In this document: piece by piece, positions 1 to 13,179 of the stretch | Layout: each line of letters starts with the position of its first letter | How positions within the stretch are numbered: position 1 is the stretch's first letter | Notes under the pieces: generated by a model | Told to the model about the DNA's origin: nothing | The model's input: the letters and a program-made list of their open reading frames with translations, nothing else | Database searches by the model: none | From: Octopus sinensis | Lineage: Eukaryota | DNA length: 64,000 bases | NCBI RefSeq assembly: GCF_006345805.1 | Contig: NC_042997.1 | Span: 180,668,001-180,732,000, forward strand | Reading direction: 5' to 3' | Position numbers and translations under genes: made by a program

Positions 1-488
1 AGAATTCGAAATTTCAATGGAATGATCAAGAACATTATTTCTTACACTCTGCTTCTCTATCGCCATGTGTGTTCCTGATAATAACAAGAGCGAATAATCA
101 GTTATTGAAATGGAAATCACAAGAATAAGGAGGACAAAGTATACGAAATTAGTTTAAATGCACTGTAAATATAATGGACATATATTAAGGCATATAATTT
201 AAAATATTTCACACCGCCGTATTTAAACAAAATGTTAGCCAATTTTTTTTTAAATTCGGATTGTAGCTGTAATTACATATAATTAAATAATCTTTTTAGA
301 CGCTAATACATTTATCTAAGTAACTTTTAGACAGCTGCGAAAGACCCAGAATCGGATTGTAACATATAAAAACCACTTTTTTTTTTTTTTTTGCAGAAAT
401 ATCTTTTGCTCCTTTGTTAAACGAGGAATGAGTGAGATTTCTGAAAATATCAATATTTAATATAACGTTTTAATGTATATTTCTACAG

Positions 489-544
489 ATATTAGATGAA
501 AACAAGATTTTAAGTTTGTTTAGAAAGGCTTTGCGAAAACAGAG
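489..544 (+). other. Candidate coding exon (ILDENKILSLFRKALRKQ)
   Basis: atttctacag acceptor, one open frame, AG|gtgtgc donor; no protein recognised. Confidence 0.2.
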
Positions 545-1559
545 GTGTGCCTTTTTTAAGTTCTTGTGTATTTTTAACTGCCAAAAAATTGTGTACGAAT
601 GTACATGTGTACATGTGTGTTTGTGCGTGCCTGTATTTAAGTCTGTGTGTGTTCTTGTGGGTAAATATATGTGTCTATGAATATTTCTATTTCTATATCA
701 TGCAATTGAGAATATATATTGATTTAAATTTTATATTCAAAATTTAAGCACTTTGATGTTCAGAACTTACCCCAGGGAGTGCTTTCTCGACTCTTATGAT
801 ATTCGACTGTGTTTACAATGTTGCATGTTTTACTATACGTCAACCCTGAGTGTATTTAAACGAGTTTATTTCAAACAACTACCAAACAAGCGTTGTTAGT
901 GACAGAATTTTATCTGCGTGTATATTTTCAAGTGCATTAAAATGCATTTATCTCACAGAAAATAATCATCTCTAATGTAACAATAGTGTTTATGTAATTT
1001 GTGTTGATAAGTATGGTTAAGTTTATTTTCAGTCCATTCAGTTTCAATTGTATATTTTATACATTATTGACTTAGACTTGAGACCATTAAATCCCTCGAT
1101 GTTTTTCACCAATATTTGCAGTTCCAGCACCAATTTCGTGATTTGAATTTTATATCTGAAGTCGACCCCTAGGGAATAGTTAATTGAAGTCTACAACGCT
1201 TCTAGTTTGTTTACGACTCTTAATGTTTTGATTTATATCAGCCAAGTGTGTATTTATACAAGTTTGCTTGATCAACTATGTTTCTTGCGGTCCTGCTGAT
1301 GCCGAGAATACATGAATATATTTATACACGAATTTGAAATGTATATCACACAGATAAACTGTAATATCCAGGACGATAAATTATGTGCATTTTAATATAT
1401 GTCTATGAAAATACACAAAAACACACATACAAATTAATAGGTGTAAAGGTGGGAAGAGATGAAATTGAAAAGGTAAAGGGGAACGTTTATTTACGGTACA
1501 CAATGGATATACATCAAAACAAGGCTGCTTGAATCTCGAACACATTAAGAGTAGGATAG

Positions 1560-2040
1560 CTCAATAAAAGATGTGCTCAAAGCAATGCTGGAAACGACCA
1601 TGCGTGACTGACATATTAATAGCACCATCCTAACTGCGCTTTTATAATCAAATGAAACGTGGGCTACTACTAAGAAGGAAGAGTATCGATTACCTACCAT
1701 GTAAAGGGTCATGGAAAATACCTATACGAGGAATAGCATTACTAGAGTATATACTAAACTAGTGATTTCGACAATAAAGCAGTGTGAACAATATAGAATA
1801 CCGTAAGCGCATGTTCTACCTAGCCGGGCGTATCGCAACGTTTACGGACAACAGGTGGACAATGTTGTTGCCGACAAGTGGTATCCAAGAGATCGGAAGA
1901 GGCAACCCGGAGGGACTCCATAATGTGTGGAGTTCAATTTTGTTAAATGATCTGAGACAAATGGAAAAGAATGACGCAATCATGAGAGAATCGAAAGCAT
2001 CATCTACATTTTTTTCTCCCTACATCTTGCTTCATTGATC
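1560..2040 (+). mobile_element. Degenerate RTE-clade LINE 3' remnant
   Basis: Broken frames give 'NSTILTALL..ETWATTKKEEYRL' and 'AGRIATFTDNRWT...WYPRDRKR', the C-terminal pattern of RTE-type RT ORFs; several stops and frameshifts. Confidence 0.6.
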
Positions 2041-2169
2041 TATGAGCTTCCCCCTGATCAGCCAAAAGCGGATATAGATAGCGTTTGAATGTGGATCTCC
2101 AGTACGCCGATGACAACGTAGTACTCAGTCATTCATGCTTAGAACAGTAACAATATTACTATTGCGTAT

Positions 2170-2682
2170 AAACGTTTAGGGTTCACTATAAATACTAACG
2201 GTAGCCTGTAATGACATGCATAAGATCTGGTCATCAAATCTAAGTAGAGAATTCAAACTTGAAATATTCAAAGCCACAGTCGAACCAATTCTACTATATG
2301 GCTCAGAAACCTGGACGTTATCAAAGAAGCTTGAGAGGCGATTGGATGGAACCTACACTCGCCTCCTTATGAGAGCTCAAAATCTCTCGGGGAAGCGCCA
2401 TCCAACCAAAATGCAAATATATGGGAAACTACCACCTGTGTCATCTCTTGTGAAAGGTAGGAGAGTCCAGTTTGCTGGACATTGTTGTAGAGCTGAAAAA
2501 GAAGTAATTTCTACTCTTCTCTGGAATACCAGAGGGCGCACACTCTCCTACCCTGATGTAATCTCCAGGGATACAGGCATCCAGCAACAGGACCTCCGTA
2601 ATGCCATGATGGACCGTGAAGTCTGGCGTAGCATGGTAAATTCCATTGTCTCAACCACGGTCGAACAATGATGATGATGATA
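2170..2682 (+). mobile_element. RTE/RTEX-like LINE 3' fragment with (TGA)n tail
   Basis: ORF 2216-2671 'IFKATVEPILLYGSETWTLSK...RRVQFAGHC..R...DR..WR' is the post-RT C-terminal region of RTE-like LINEs; the stop runs into tgatgatgatgat. Confidence 0.8.
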
Positions 2683-2817
2683 AATACTAAAAAGACCCTA
2701 GTCCTCATTCAGCAAGTCACGAATTCTGCCTTCCGGATCTCAACAACCATCATTTAAAAACGAAGATAGCGATTTACCATGCTGTTGTAATATCCACGCT
2801 TTTATATGGTTGTGAGT

Positions 2818-3151
2818 GAAGGCGCATGTTTCAGTGGTTAGAGCGTCGAGCTTACGATCATGAGGTTGTGAGTTCGATTCCCGGACCGGGCTGTGTTTTG
2901 TGTTCTTCAGCAAGACACTTTATTTCACGTTGCTCCAGTTAACTCAGCTGTAGAAATGAGTTGCGACATCACTGGTGCCAAACTGTATCGACCTTTGCCT
3001 TTCTCTTGGATAACATCAGTGTTGTGGAGAGGGGAGGTTAGTATGAATGGGCGACTGCTGGTCTTCCGTAGACAAATTTGTCCGGACTTGTGTCTCGGAG
3101 CGTAACTTTCTAGGTGCAATCCCATGGTCATTCATGACCGAAGGGGGTCTC
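2818..3151 (+). mobile_element. tRNA-derived SINE, family C
   Basis: A-box-like tcagtggttagagcg and B-box gagttcgattccc; the body aligns with copies at 25413 and 54618 and ends in catgaccgaagggggtctc. Confidence 0.85.
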
Positions 3152-6100
3152 CCATATGGTTGTGAAACCATATAAATGTTTTGAATATATCTTCAATAAC
3201 TGCGTGGATAAATCAAGCCTCCGTCATCAGGATAGAAAAGAGATGGAATGATTAAATGTGGAGAGCTAATCGTATCAGAGGGAAGAAGCAAGGAAGGGGT
3301 CGACCCTGATGGTGGAGGCTCGATTTATCCAATGTTAATTGCTTCAACTACGGCCGCATGTTGTGATGAACTACATCTACCAACATTATGATTAATCTCC
3401 GAGTTCCCAGAAATGGTAGTTGAACTTTTAACACCTTTCTTCCTCCAATTTAATTTTCTCTGTCGTTTGTATTCTGTGTAAGAATGATCTATTAATATAA
3501 ACATCTATATATTTATACTTAAATATTCATCGTCTGAAAGTCTCCACTTTTTGCTTTCTTTCGTTTTGCAGGTATACATATATACATATATACATATTCT
3601 GTATTTCATACCCGGACTGATTTATTTCATATATCTAATTTATTTATATGCATAATTGCCTCCATATCTGCTCGACTTGGCCCCACTTATATCCAGTCTT
3701 TTTCCCGTGGAATCGATTCCCTGCAAAGACATTAGAGTCTATGTTTGAATCATTTGAGTACTATTGACTTCTATACTGAGAATCTCTCGATCTCGTCCGT
3801 TGACTATATTTATGTATGTATGTCATTATACAGTTTTATTTCAAGATTTATTGGCAATATAGAAAGTGCCGGTTCCTAACCTAGAGCGAAAGCTCCTTCA
3901 TTTTATTTTCAACATCAGTGTATTTTTTGGTTTGTATGTGTAGACTTGTATGTTTTGTTTTATGTATGTTTTCTTATGCCTATAATTGCATATCTAGACA
4001 TGCTCATATGTGTATACGTATTGATGTATGTATTATGTATGTATATATGTATGTATGCATGTATGTTTGTGTGTGTGTGTGTGTGTGTACGTATCTATGC
4101 ATATATGTATGTACGTACGTACCTATGTATGTATACTTGTATAAAGGTGAAATTTTATTCTGAGGAAGAAACCATACTCTTTACTATTCCACTCACAAAC
4201 TGTACTTGTGACGTGCAAATTAGCTGGCTTATTCCTATTTCCTGTGAACCTTATTTTATCAAGTTTGTCACTTAGGTATTAACTCACAAGTGCACCATTG
4301 AGTTTTTGGTATAAATTGAAATTTTTCATATGGGTATAGACGCTGGAGATTTTGAAGCAGTTGTCCATAGTTATCCTGTTCCCTTTGATATTCGAAGATG
4401 TTTTCCCATCAGCAAGGAAACCGAGCTGTATGACTGTACATACGTGTGCTTGTCCCAACCAAATATGTCTCGTCTGATATGTTTACAGTTGACAGAAGCT
4501 TGAATGGAAATGTTCCACCAATATCTCTATGTTGATATCTGTGTATGTATTCATATACAGCAGGATTCTCTATATTCATTTCTGGGCAGGCCTGTTATCG
4601 GGATCGCACTATAAATTGCTTATCTGTATGTATGCATGTATATGTATATGTATCTATCCATCAGTCTATCTATCTATCTTTCTAACTGCCTACATACCTA
4701 CCTACCTACCTACCTACCATCATACATATCTACCAACATACCTATGTATGTATGTATGTATGTATGTATGTATGTATGAAACAACAGATAGTTTTTATAT
4801 CTTAACGGATGAAATTTAGGTTTACGTGTTCAGTGGAAACCGTTTAATATTTATTTTCGGTTAAAACTCTATGACATTGTTGTATCCATAATACATTAAA
4901 AATCCAAACACTCTTATAAAAGTCTATTTCGTCAGCTTTCCCAAAATAGATTGGTACATATGACATGACCTCTCAAAGGTTAAAAATATCCTTTCATATG
5001 TCTGGACTACATTACAAATCGATGTTTATTCTATTATTTCGATCTACTTAATAAGCAAATTCTGGGAAAGAACGTGTGTAAAATTTCTATATGAAGTATG
5101 GATTCTTATCAACATAGACTAGAAGTCACTATAAGCTCATATACAATTATTACATTTCTATAATTCCTTATGTATATTTATTCTAATCTCTCAATGGTTG
5201 TAATGTTATTAATCAGTTGCATTCGATCGAACAATTTCAATTAACTGTACACAAGCACACACACACACACACACACACATAACAAAACACACATTTATAT
5301 AAATATAAGTGTATGTATTCTCATACATGTCTCTGTGCACATGAGTGTATGTACGAGTATATAAGATTGCTTTTGTTCGTGTCTTTTTCTATGTATGAGT
5401 GCTAGTGAGAGTGTTTCGGGAACGTTTTCCTAAATACTACACACACCACACACGCGCACACACACCAGCATATATATATATATATTATATATATATATAT
5501 ATATAATATATATATATATTCATATACACGCACACACACATTTATATATATACATATGGTGTATGTATATATGGATGGATGGATGTATGCATGACTGTAT
5601 TTATGTATGTATACTGAGAAGATGCAAGGTCAGGATGCAGACAAAAGCATAAACATCTCTCATAGTACCAAAACACACAAAACGAATTCAACTTGAAGGA
5701 GCTTGTTCATGCTTAATCACTCTTGGCAACAACTAATTATGGCAGTATTTTTCGCCGTAACTCAGACCCGACAACCTACTGACATTTCGCATGAAATCTC
5801 ACCGAGTTCATCATTTTGTAGTCCATAAATAAGATACTGTTAAGTACTAGAGCGAATTATCTTTACAGCCACCTTTCTTTCTATCTTTCCTCCTCCTCTC
5901 TGTTTCTCTCCCTTTCTCTCACTCTCCCTCCCTATCTATCTATCTATCTATCTATCTATTTATCTATTCATCTGTCTGTCTCTCTCATTCTTTTGGAACC
6001 GGGTATGACGCTCATAGAGAGCTCACAACTTCTATTTCTTCAGACAGTTATTGAGTGACGGGCTGGTAACCGCTTTTGATAAGATTAAACATATGATATA

Positions 6101-6268
6101 GGAAATTCCAAAAGACGGGCCGATGTAGACTGTAGCAGGCGACAGCAGTGAAGAAAATAAACTACAAAGTATATGTATACATTTGGGTGTGCATCTTTCA
6201 GTTTGTTTAAGTGTTTAAATGTCCAAATTTTCATTTTCAGATATGTAAGTATATATGCTTTCATTATA

Positions 6269-6829
6269 TTGGGTTGTTCGGAAAGTTCGTGCCGATTTAT
6301 AGTAGCTTTCATTTCGACTTATTTTATAACATGGTTGAGTCCATAAAATAGGAATTGACTACATCTCCATCTAGAGCACAGTTTAAGATAACTTTTCGTG
6401 GAAGAAGGTTTATGTTCCTATAACCTGTGTTAATTCAGTAACCCTTTAAAATGGAAGATAATAAAGTTCCTTTTCAGCACTTGATGCTTTGGGAACAAAA
6501 ATTGCTGCAGCTCGGCTGGGATATGTTACCCCACCCTCCATATTCACCAGATATTGCTCCTTCGGATTTCCACTTATTCAGGTATCTGCAGAATAGTCTT
6601 AATGGTAAAAACTTCAATTCCTTGGATGATGTAAAAAAATACCTTGATGAATTCTTTGCCATGAAACCATCTCAATTCTGGGAAGAGGGTATTTTCAAGT
6701 TAAAGGAAAGAAGGAGACACATTGTGCAACAAAATGGTTCATATTTGGTTGATTTAAAATGTAATGGCAAGTATTTATTGACAGTTTTCCTTCCTTTAAA
6801 AATCGGCACGATCTTTCTGGACAACCCAA
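6269..6829 (+). mobile_element. Internally deleted mariner transposon
   Basis: TIRs ttgggttgttcggaaagttcgtgccgattt / aaatcggcacgatctttctggacaacccaa with TA on both sides; ORF 6451+ encodes 'HPPYSPDIAPSDFHLFRYLQNSL', the mariner third-Asp motif. Confidence 0.92.
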
Positions 6830-6875
6830 TATTACATTTATGTATATAAATGTATGCATATATGTGTGTATGTTA

Positions 6876-7220
6876 GGCTGTGTGGTAAGAAGCTTACTTT
6901 CCAACCACATCGTTCCGTGCTCAACCCCACTGCATGACACCTTGAGCAAGTGACTTCTACTGAAACATCGGGCCAACCAAAGACTTGTGAGTAGATTTGG
7001 TAGACGGAAATTGAAAGAAGCGCGTTGTATATATTTCTATATGTGTTTATGTGTGCTTTATTGTGTTTCTTTGTCCCCTTCCAAAGTTTACAACAGGTAT
7101 TGGTGTACTTGGGACCGATAGAATAAGTAACAGAATTTTTTTTAAAAGTCCTTGTGTCAATATATTCGATTAAACCCCTTCAAAGCGACGCCCTAGCATG
7201 ACCGTAGTAAAATGACTGAA
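6876..7220 (+). mobile_element. tRNA-derived SINE, family A (OK-like, internal microsatellite), diverged
   Basis: Head ggctgtgtggtaagaagctt, then gacggaaattgaaagaagc and tail ctagcatgaccgtagtaaaatgactgaaa; matches copies at 17081, 20878 and 23365. Confidence 0.8.
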
Positions 7221-7282
7221 AATAGTAATATACATACATACACACACACACACACGCACACATACATATATATATCTTTTTT

Positions 7283-7632
7283 GGGAAGCACTCCGTCGGT
7301 TACGACGATGAGGGTTCCGGTTGATCCGAATCAACGGAACAGCCTCCTCGTGAAATTAACGTGTAAGTGGCTGAGCACTCCACAGACACGCACACCCTTA
7401 GCGTAGTTCTCGGGGATATTCAGCGTGACACAGAGAGTGACCAGGCCGGCCCCTTGAAATACAGGTACAACAGAAACAGGAAGTAAGAGTGAGAGAAAGT
7501 TGTGGTGAAAGAGTACAGCAGGGATCACCACCATCCCCTACCGGAGCCTCGTGGAGCTTTTAGGTGTTTTCGCTCCATAAACGATCCTATGACCGCGAGT
7601 CCGCTGCCCTAACCACTGGGTCATTGCGCCTC

Positions 7633-7635
<3 letters not shown>
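7283..7635 (-). mobile_element. tRNA-derived SINE, family D
   Basis: Minus strand begins ggaggcgcaatgacccagtggttagggcagcggactcgcggtc (tRNA-like A box); the body ends gtcgtaaccgacggagtgcttcc. Confidence 0.7.
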
Positions 7636-7724
<89 letters not shown>

Positions 7725-8043
7725 AGGAGGAGTTTCAATTATCCCCACGTGGTATGTTGTAATATATATAAGAAATTAAAAAAGGAAAATACAAACTCTT
7801 TACATAGTTTTAATATAATTTTTAATATATCGAGCGGATTCGCTTTCTCTATTCATGATATTATGGTTTACTTATTTGTGTATGTATTTTCTTAAGAAGA
7901 AATTTTGTTCATGTTGTGTGTGTAGATATTTACGAGTGAATGACTTCACAAGTAGAAAAGTAAGGGGAGGTAATTGGTTATCGTTATTATTGTTATTGTT
8001 GTAGGTAAGGGAGATAACTGTTAAGCCTGCGGTAAATGGAGGG

Positions 8044-8074
<31 letters not shown>

Positions 8075-8077
<3 letters not shown>

Positions 8078-8306
8078 ATCAAAATAAAATAAAAACATGA
8101 TGCGAAGGATTCAGCGGTACATATGTTTCGGGCCTTTATTAGACAGATTTATAACAATGCATAATGTATGTCTGTGGCCTTCTTCAGCCGCGCACAACAG
8201 CTTCCACAAGGACATGTGTTACATCAAAAATTCTTGGTTGGGGATGCAAATCCTCTCATTCACGTACGACATAATGCGGCAGCAGCATAGAATTGAAGCG
8301 TCCATC
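8075..8306 (-). mobile_element. PLE-type terminal (pLTR-like) fragment carrying a hammerhead motif
   Basis: Nearly identical to 45764-45996 (about two substitutions seen); the 3' end ...ttttattttgatcaa abuts (TA)n. Confidence 0.75.
8114..8191 (-). ncRNA. Type I hammerhead ribozyme motif
   Basis: Minus strand GCGG-CUGAAGA-AGGCC...GGCCC-GAAA-CAUAUGU-A-CCGC: stem I GCGG/CCGC, stem II GGCC/GGCC, palindromic stem III ACAUAUGU, cleavage triplet GUA. Confidence 0.8.
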
Positions 8307-8384
8307 TCGAAACTTATTTTATTTTGTCTGTACATATATATATATTATATATATATATAATATATATATATATATAATATATAT

Positions 8385-8420
<36 letters not shown>

Positions 8421-8426
<6 letters not shown>

Positions 8427-9790
8427 GACAAAATAAAATAAGTTTCGAAAAACTTGTTTAGTGAGGGGATTTATGTACAGTGTTGTAATCGTGAATTGAA
8501 ATATGTAAAAAGATAAAAGTTGGTTATACGTGCATATTAAGACGTGTTCTGTATTTTTCAAAGAAAAAAGTTTGTTTATTTAAACGTTCTTGTGGAGAGA
8601 TTGTGTATTTGCATTGGTATAAGGGGAAGACTGTGAAATTTGGTTTGATGTTATCTGCAGATTTTTCTATATGTTCTCTGAGAAAAATTTGCCTGTATTG
8701 CGGGAAACGGTTTTGCTCTTTATGTGGAGTGGTTCTCTTTCTCAAGGTCATACTCGTCTATCCAATGTAGTTGTGTCCACAACCCGAGCAGGTTATTACA
8801 TAAATTAGGTTCTTAGAGGCACAAGTGAAACTAGTTTTAATTGTGAGCCTCTGTCCTTGTTTGAAAAGGAAATCCGAGCCTTGAAGTAAATTGGGGCAGG
8901 TTCCACAGTTTATGCGTCAACATTTTTTAACCGTTGGTTTCGTGGTTGTTTTGTAAAGCTTCGCATTTGTTAGTAGTCTCTTTAGCGATTTGTATTGCTT
9001 TCTGCATTTGATGAGTTTGTGTGTTTTCAGGATGTCGTTCATTTTGGGATTTCTTGTGAGCAATGGAAGATTTTACAACATAGTGTTGAATGCCTCACTG
9101 TTTCTAGGGTTGTGCGTTGATATAAATAGTAATATTTTGAGATGAGTTGCGATGTTATGTTTTTGTTTTGTTCTTAGTGTTTTTATGTCTAATTTTTTGG
9201 CACGTTTAATTCCCTCGTCGATAAGTGAGGGTAGATATTGTCTTTCAGTAAGCGTTGTTTTGAGGCCTTGAAGATGAAGATCCCGAGTTGTTCTATTGTG
9301 CAAATCCTTTTGCCAAATTGAAAGAGATATTTATTTTGATGTGTTTCGGGTGGCATGAGTTAAAGAGGAGATACTGTTTCGAATTAGTTGTTTTATAATA
9401 GATGTCAGTTATGATTTGATTGTTGAATTTTTTTATTATGATGTCTAAAAATGGGATCTGTTCTCTGTTATATTCCATTGTGAATTGTATGTTACTAGTT
9501 ATATCATTTAGTGTTGATTTGAAATCGAAAAGGTTGTCGATGTTCTTCCACATGATAAAACAGTCATCCAAGTATCTTTACCAATTTCCTCTTATGTAGA
9601 GTTAAAACGGGTAACCATATTTCTCAAGTGATACTTCATATAAGGTTAATTCAAAATAACACATTATTAGGCTCACAAGAACAGGGGCTGCTTTTGTTCC
9701 CATCGCAATTCCGCATTCTGACGATACTATGTGTCATCAAATAGGAAATAATTGTTCTGAAGTAAAAATTTTAAAGATTCAATAATAAAA
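8421..9790 (-). mobile_element. Penelope-like element remnant (RT C-terminal half + GIY-YIG endonuclease)
   Basis: Minus frames give 'GIAMGTKAAP', 'RYLDDCFIMW', 'IPFLDI..TDIYYKTT..YLLFNSCHP' and 'FTCASKNLIYVITCSGCGHNYIG*TS'; frameshifted. Confidence 0.88.
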
Positions 9791-9970
9791 ATCTGATTTA
9801 TGCGTTCCGGGAGTACCTGCTCGAGTTGCGGACACAACTATATTGGATAGACAAGTATGACCTTGAGAAAGAGAACCACTCTACATAAAGAGCAAATCTG
9901 ATTCCCGCAAAACTGGCAAATTCCTCTCAGTGAACATATAGAAAAATATGCAGATAACATCATGCCAAAT
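9790..9970 (+). mobile_element. Inverted partial copy of the PLE GIY-YIG region
   Basis: acctgctcgagttgcggacacaactatattggatagacaagtatgaccttgagaaagagaacc is the reverse complement, with some divergence, of about 8645-8810. Confidence 0.85.
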
Positions 9971-10382
9971 AGAAAAGAGTGATGGGGTATCCCACAAGCA
10001 TAAGAGCCAAATTGAGACAGTGTGCCATAAAGTAACAGGGTTATGACACATTATTAAAGGTACAAAATATCAGATACGCTTCCACACAGTCCGAAACTTT
10101 GTGTGATAGGAGCACATATGAAATCTTGCCCGTAAGTTAGCGGTTCGTTAACAGAGTGCAATAGAATACCAGACATTAAGTAAGTACAGGAGATGATTTG
10201 ATCAAATAAGCTCTTCACGACGGTGTCACAGTATGGCTGCAGTTCAATGACGGAGAAATGTGAACAAAAAATATGCAACTCGATATGGGATCGAAATCAT
10301 GAAGTCATAAATGGGAAAATTGAAGTCCTTCTCACCTCAACCAACGTGTAGCATGAGCTTATATTTATCTATGAATAATTTT

Positions 10383-10612
10383 GGCGGCGAGCTGGTAGAA
10401 ACCTTAGCGCGCCGGGCAAAATGTTTAGTGGTATTTCGTCTCCCGTTACGTTCTGAGTTCAAATTCTGCCGTAGATCGACTTTGTCTTTCATCCTTTCGG
10501 GGTCGATAAATAAAGTACCAGTTGCGCACTGGGGTCGATATAATCGACCTTAATCCCTTTGTCTGTCCTTGTTTGTCCCTTCTGTATTTAACCCGTTGTG
10601 GGCAATAAAGAA
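10383..10612 (+). mobile_element. SINE, family B
   Basis: Head ggcggcgagctggtagaaaccttagc, B-box-like gagttcaaattc, core tcgactttg.ctttcatcctttcggggtcgataaa, tail gggcaataaagaaata. Confidence 0.85.
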
Positions 10613-10629
10613 ATATATATTTATCTATG

Positions 10630-10660
<31 letters not shown>

Positions 10661-10717
10661 TCAAATTGTAATTTTAAATTATAATTTTTATTTATATATA
10701 TATATATACATATATAC

Positions 10718-10759
<42 letters not shown>

Positions 10760-11241
10760 ATGGATGGATTTATATGTGTATATGTATTTATGCATATACG
10801 TATGTATGCGTTTGTGTGTGTATGTCTTTATGTATGTATGCATATGTATGAAATCTTTTCTACCCCCTTTCATTCGATTATATCATTCTAGTTTCTTCGA
10901 TCGTTTACATTTGTCTCAAATTTTTTGTATCAAGTATAAATAAACAAGGATATCTATAATTAGACAATTTACAAACAATAAATGTTTTACTTTTGTTTTT
11001 ATGTCTCGTTTTAATGTTATAATTTTATACTATATTTAAATATAATCGTCTGAACAATCAATTTGTGTTTCTTATCTGTGTTTTTTTCGCATTATATTCA
11101 TAAAACATTCTGTAGCTGGGCAACGCATGTTTCTGATAAAGTCAAGAAGAATTTCCGTCTCAACATTGGTCTGAGTATATGTATATATGTATGCATACAT
11201 TTGCGTATGTATTTATGTGTCTGTGTCTGTGTGTGTGTGTG

Positions 11242-11426
<185 letters not shown>

Positions 11427-13065
11427 ATTATATATGTATATATGCACGGTAGTTCTATATGTATGTGTGTGAACGCACGGGCGTCTGTGCGTGAAAGTGT
11501 ATGTGAATGTGTCCGTGTATATGTGTATTTTCGTATTTCCGTAGATATCTTCCTCATTTTATATTGCTTCAGTCCTCTATGTCATATATATATATGGGCG
11601 GTGGGTGAATGTCTGTTTGTGTGTGTATGTATATATGTATGCATGTATTGATGGATGTATATATATTATATATGTATATATGTATGTATCGAGGGAGAGA
11701 AGGGAAAAGAGATGAGATGAGAGTGGGTGAGAGTGATATAGCAATATACATATATACTTGTACAAAATATATTTAAATGTATGTATGTATGTATGTATGT
11801 ATCTATGTATGTATCTATGTATGTATGTATGTATGTAATGTATATGTGTATAAATATTTGTATGTATATGCATTTGTACGCGTTTGTTCAGCTATGTATA
11901 CACATATTGATATACATCTCTAAGCTTGCTATTCGTTAAAAATATGGCGGATATTGAAGTACAAGTGTTAGTGATGGGAATGATGCGGCTGAAGCTGATG
12001 GTTACTGGTTTATCGTATGTGTGGAACGTGGTGGCAGCGGTGAGTATAATATTGGGCTAATAGTGTTATCTTCAAATAAACATCGTCTGTAGTTATCACA
12101 AAACACAGACAGATTTATTGCAAGCTCTCCAGCCGAGCAGCGTTCTATATTTGGCCTTAGGCCTCTCACTATTGAGTGTAACATTTTGTAGCTTAAGAGT
12201 CACATATAGTCACTCGATGTTGATTGATGGATAAAACAGTACATCCACTGAATGCAAGAAAAAAAATTCGTTACGATCCCAGATAATATAACTGCACGCA
12301 AACCTAATCAAAAACGTTCAACACACAGACAGGCACACATATACATGCTAACACATACACAGACGAACGCTTGCACACAAAAACACACGCATAGATTTTT
12401 ACGCGTTTCATCTTGTGCATTCACAATCGTGTTTTCATATATATATATATATATAATATATATATATACACTCACACATACAGAAATATATAAATGTGTG
12501 CGTGTATGTTCATAATTGTCCGTGTCAGCACACGTTTGTATACAAACCCACGCAAAGACACACACACATATATATATGTATAATGTATATATATATATAT
12601 AATATTATGTATATGCATTTATGTATATATATATATATTATATATATATATATTATATATATATATATGTGTGTGTGTATGTTTGTGTATGTGTTTATAT
12701 ATCTGTATGTATGTGTGTATATATACATATATGTGCGTGTGTGTATGTGCGTGTGTGTGTGTATTGTATTGTGCACGCATGGACCATAGGCAAGCATTAG
12801 TAAGAGCAGTGTCAACAATAACTATATGTATATAATCGCATAAATCGAAACAGTCGGCATGAAGGCAAGAATCACTCACACACACGTACACGCACACACA
12901 GCACCACCACCACGCGCACACTCACACACCCACATACATAAATAAATATATGCACATATAATTACACATGTCTAATATTCAAACATTCCTTTCCTCGTTG
13001 AGTTGATTTATCTATCCATTCATTTGTCTATCTAAATAAATGTAATAAATGTAAAGATGTGAAAG

Positions 13066-13106
<41 letters not shown>

Positions 13107-13179
13107 TTAATGTATATGGTATATAGATACGAGCTACTAATTGTTTATTGCTTGAAATGCGTGTCTACACAGCTATCTC

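Noticed and set aside
397-544. Joining exon candidates 397-431 and 489-544 into one gene
   Set aside because: The 57-nt intron is short and the only open frame of the first candidate meets a stop on splicing.
2818-2890. tRNA-like heads (also at 7590, 20878, 25413)
   Set aside because: A/B boxes are present but no complete cloverleaf, and each continues into a multicopy SINE body; not called as tRNA genes.
4330-4503. 57-codon frame MGIDAGDFEAVVHSYP... faintly like SF2 helicase motif V
   Set aside because: An in-frame stop lies just upstream, motif VI is absent and there are no convincing splice sites; likely coincidence.
11944-12039. ATG in good context followed by 32 codons and a GCG|GTGAGT donor
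   Set aside because: Low-complexity GAT/GGT-rich sequence with no recognisable protein and no matching downstream exon.
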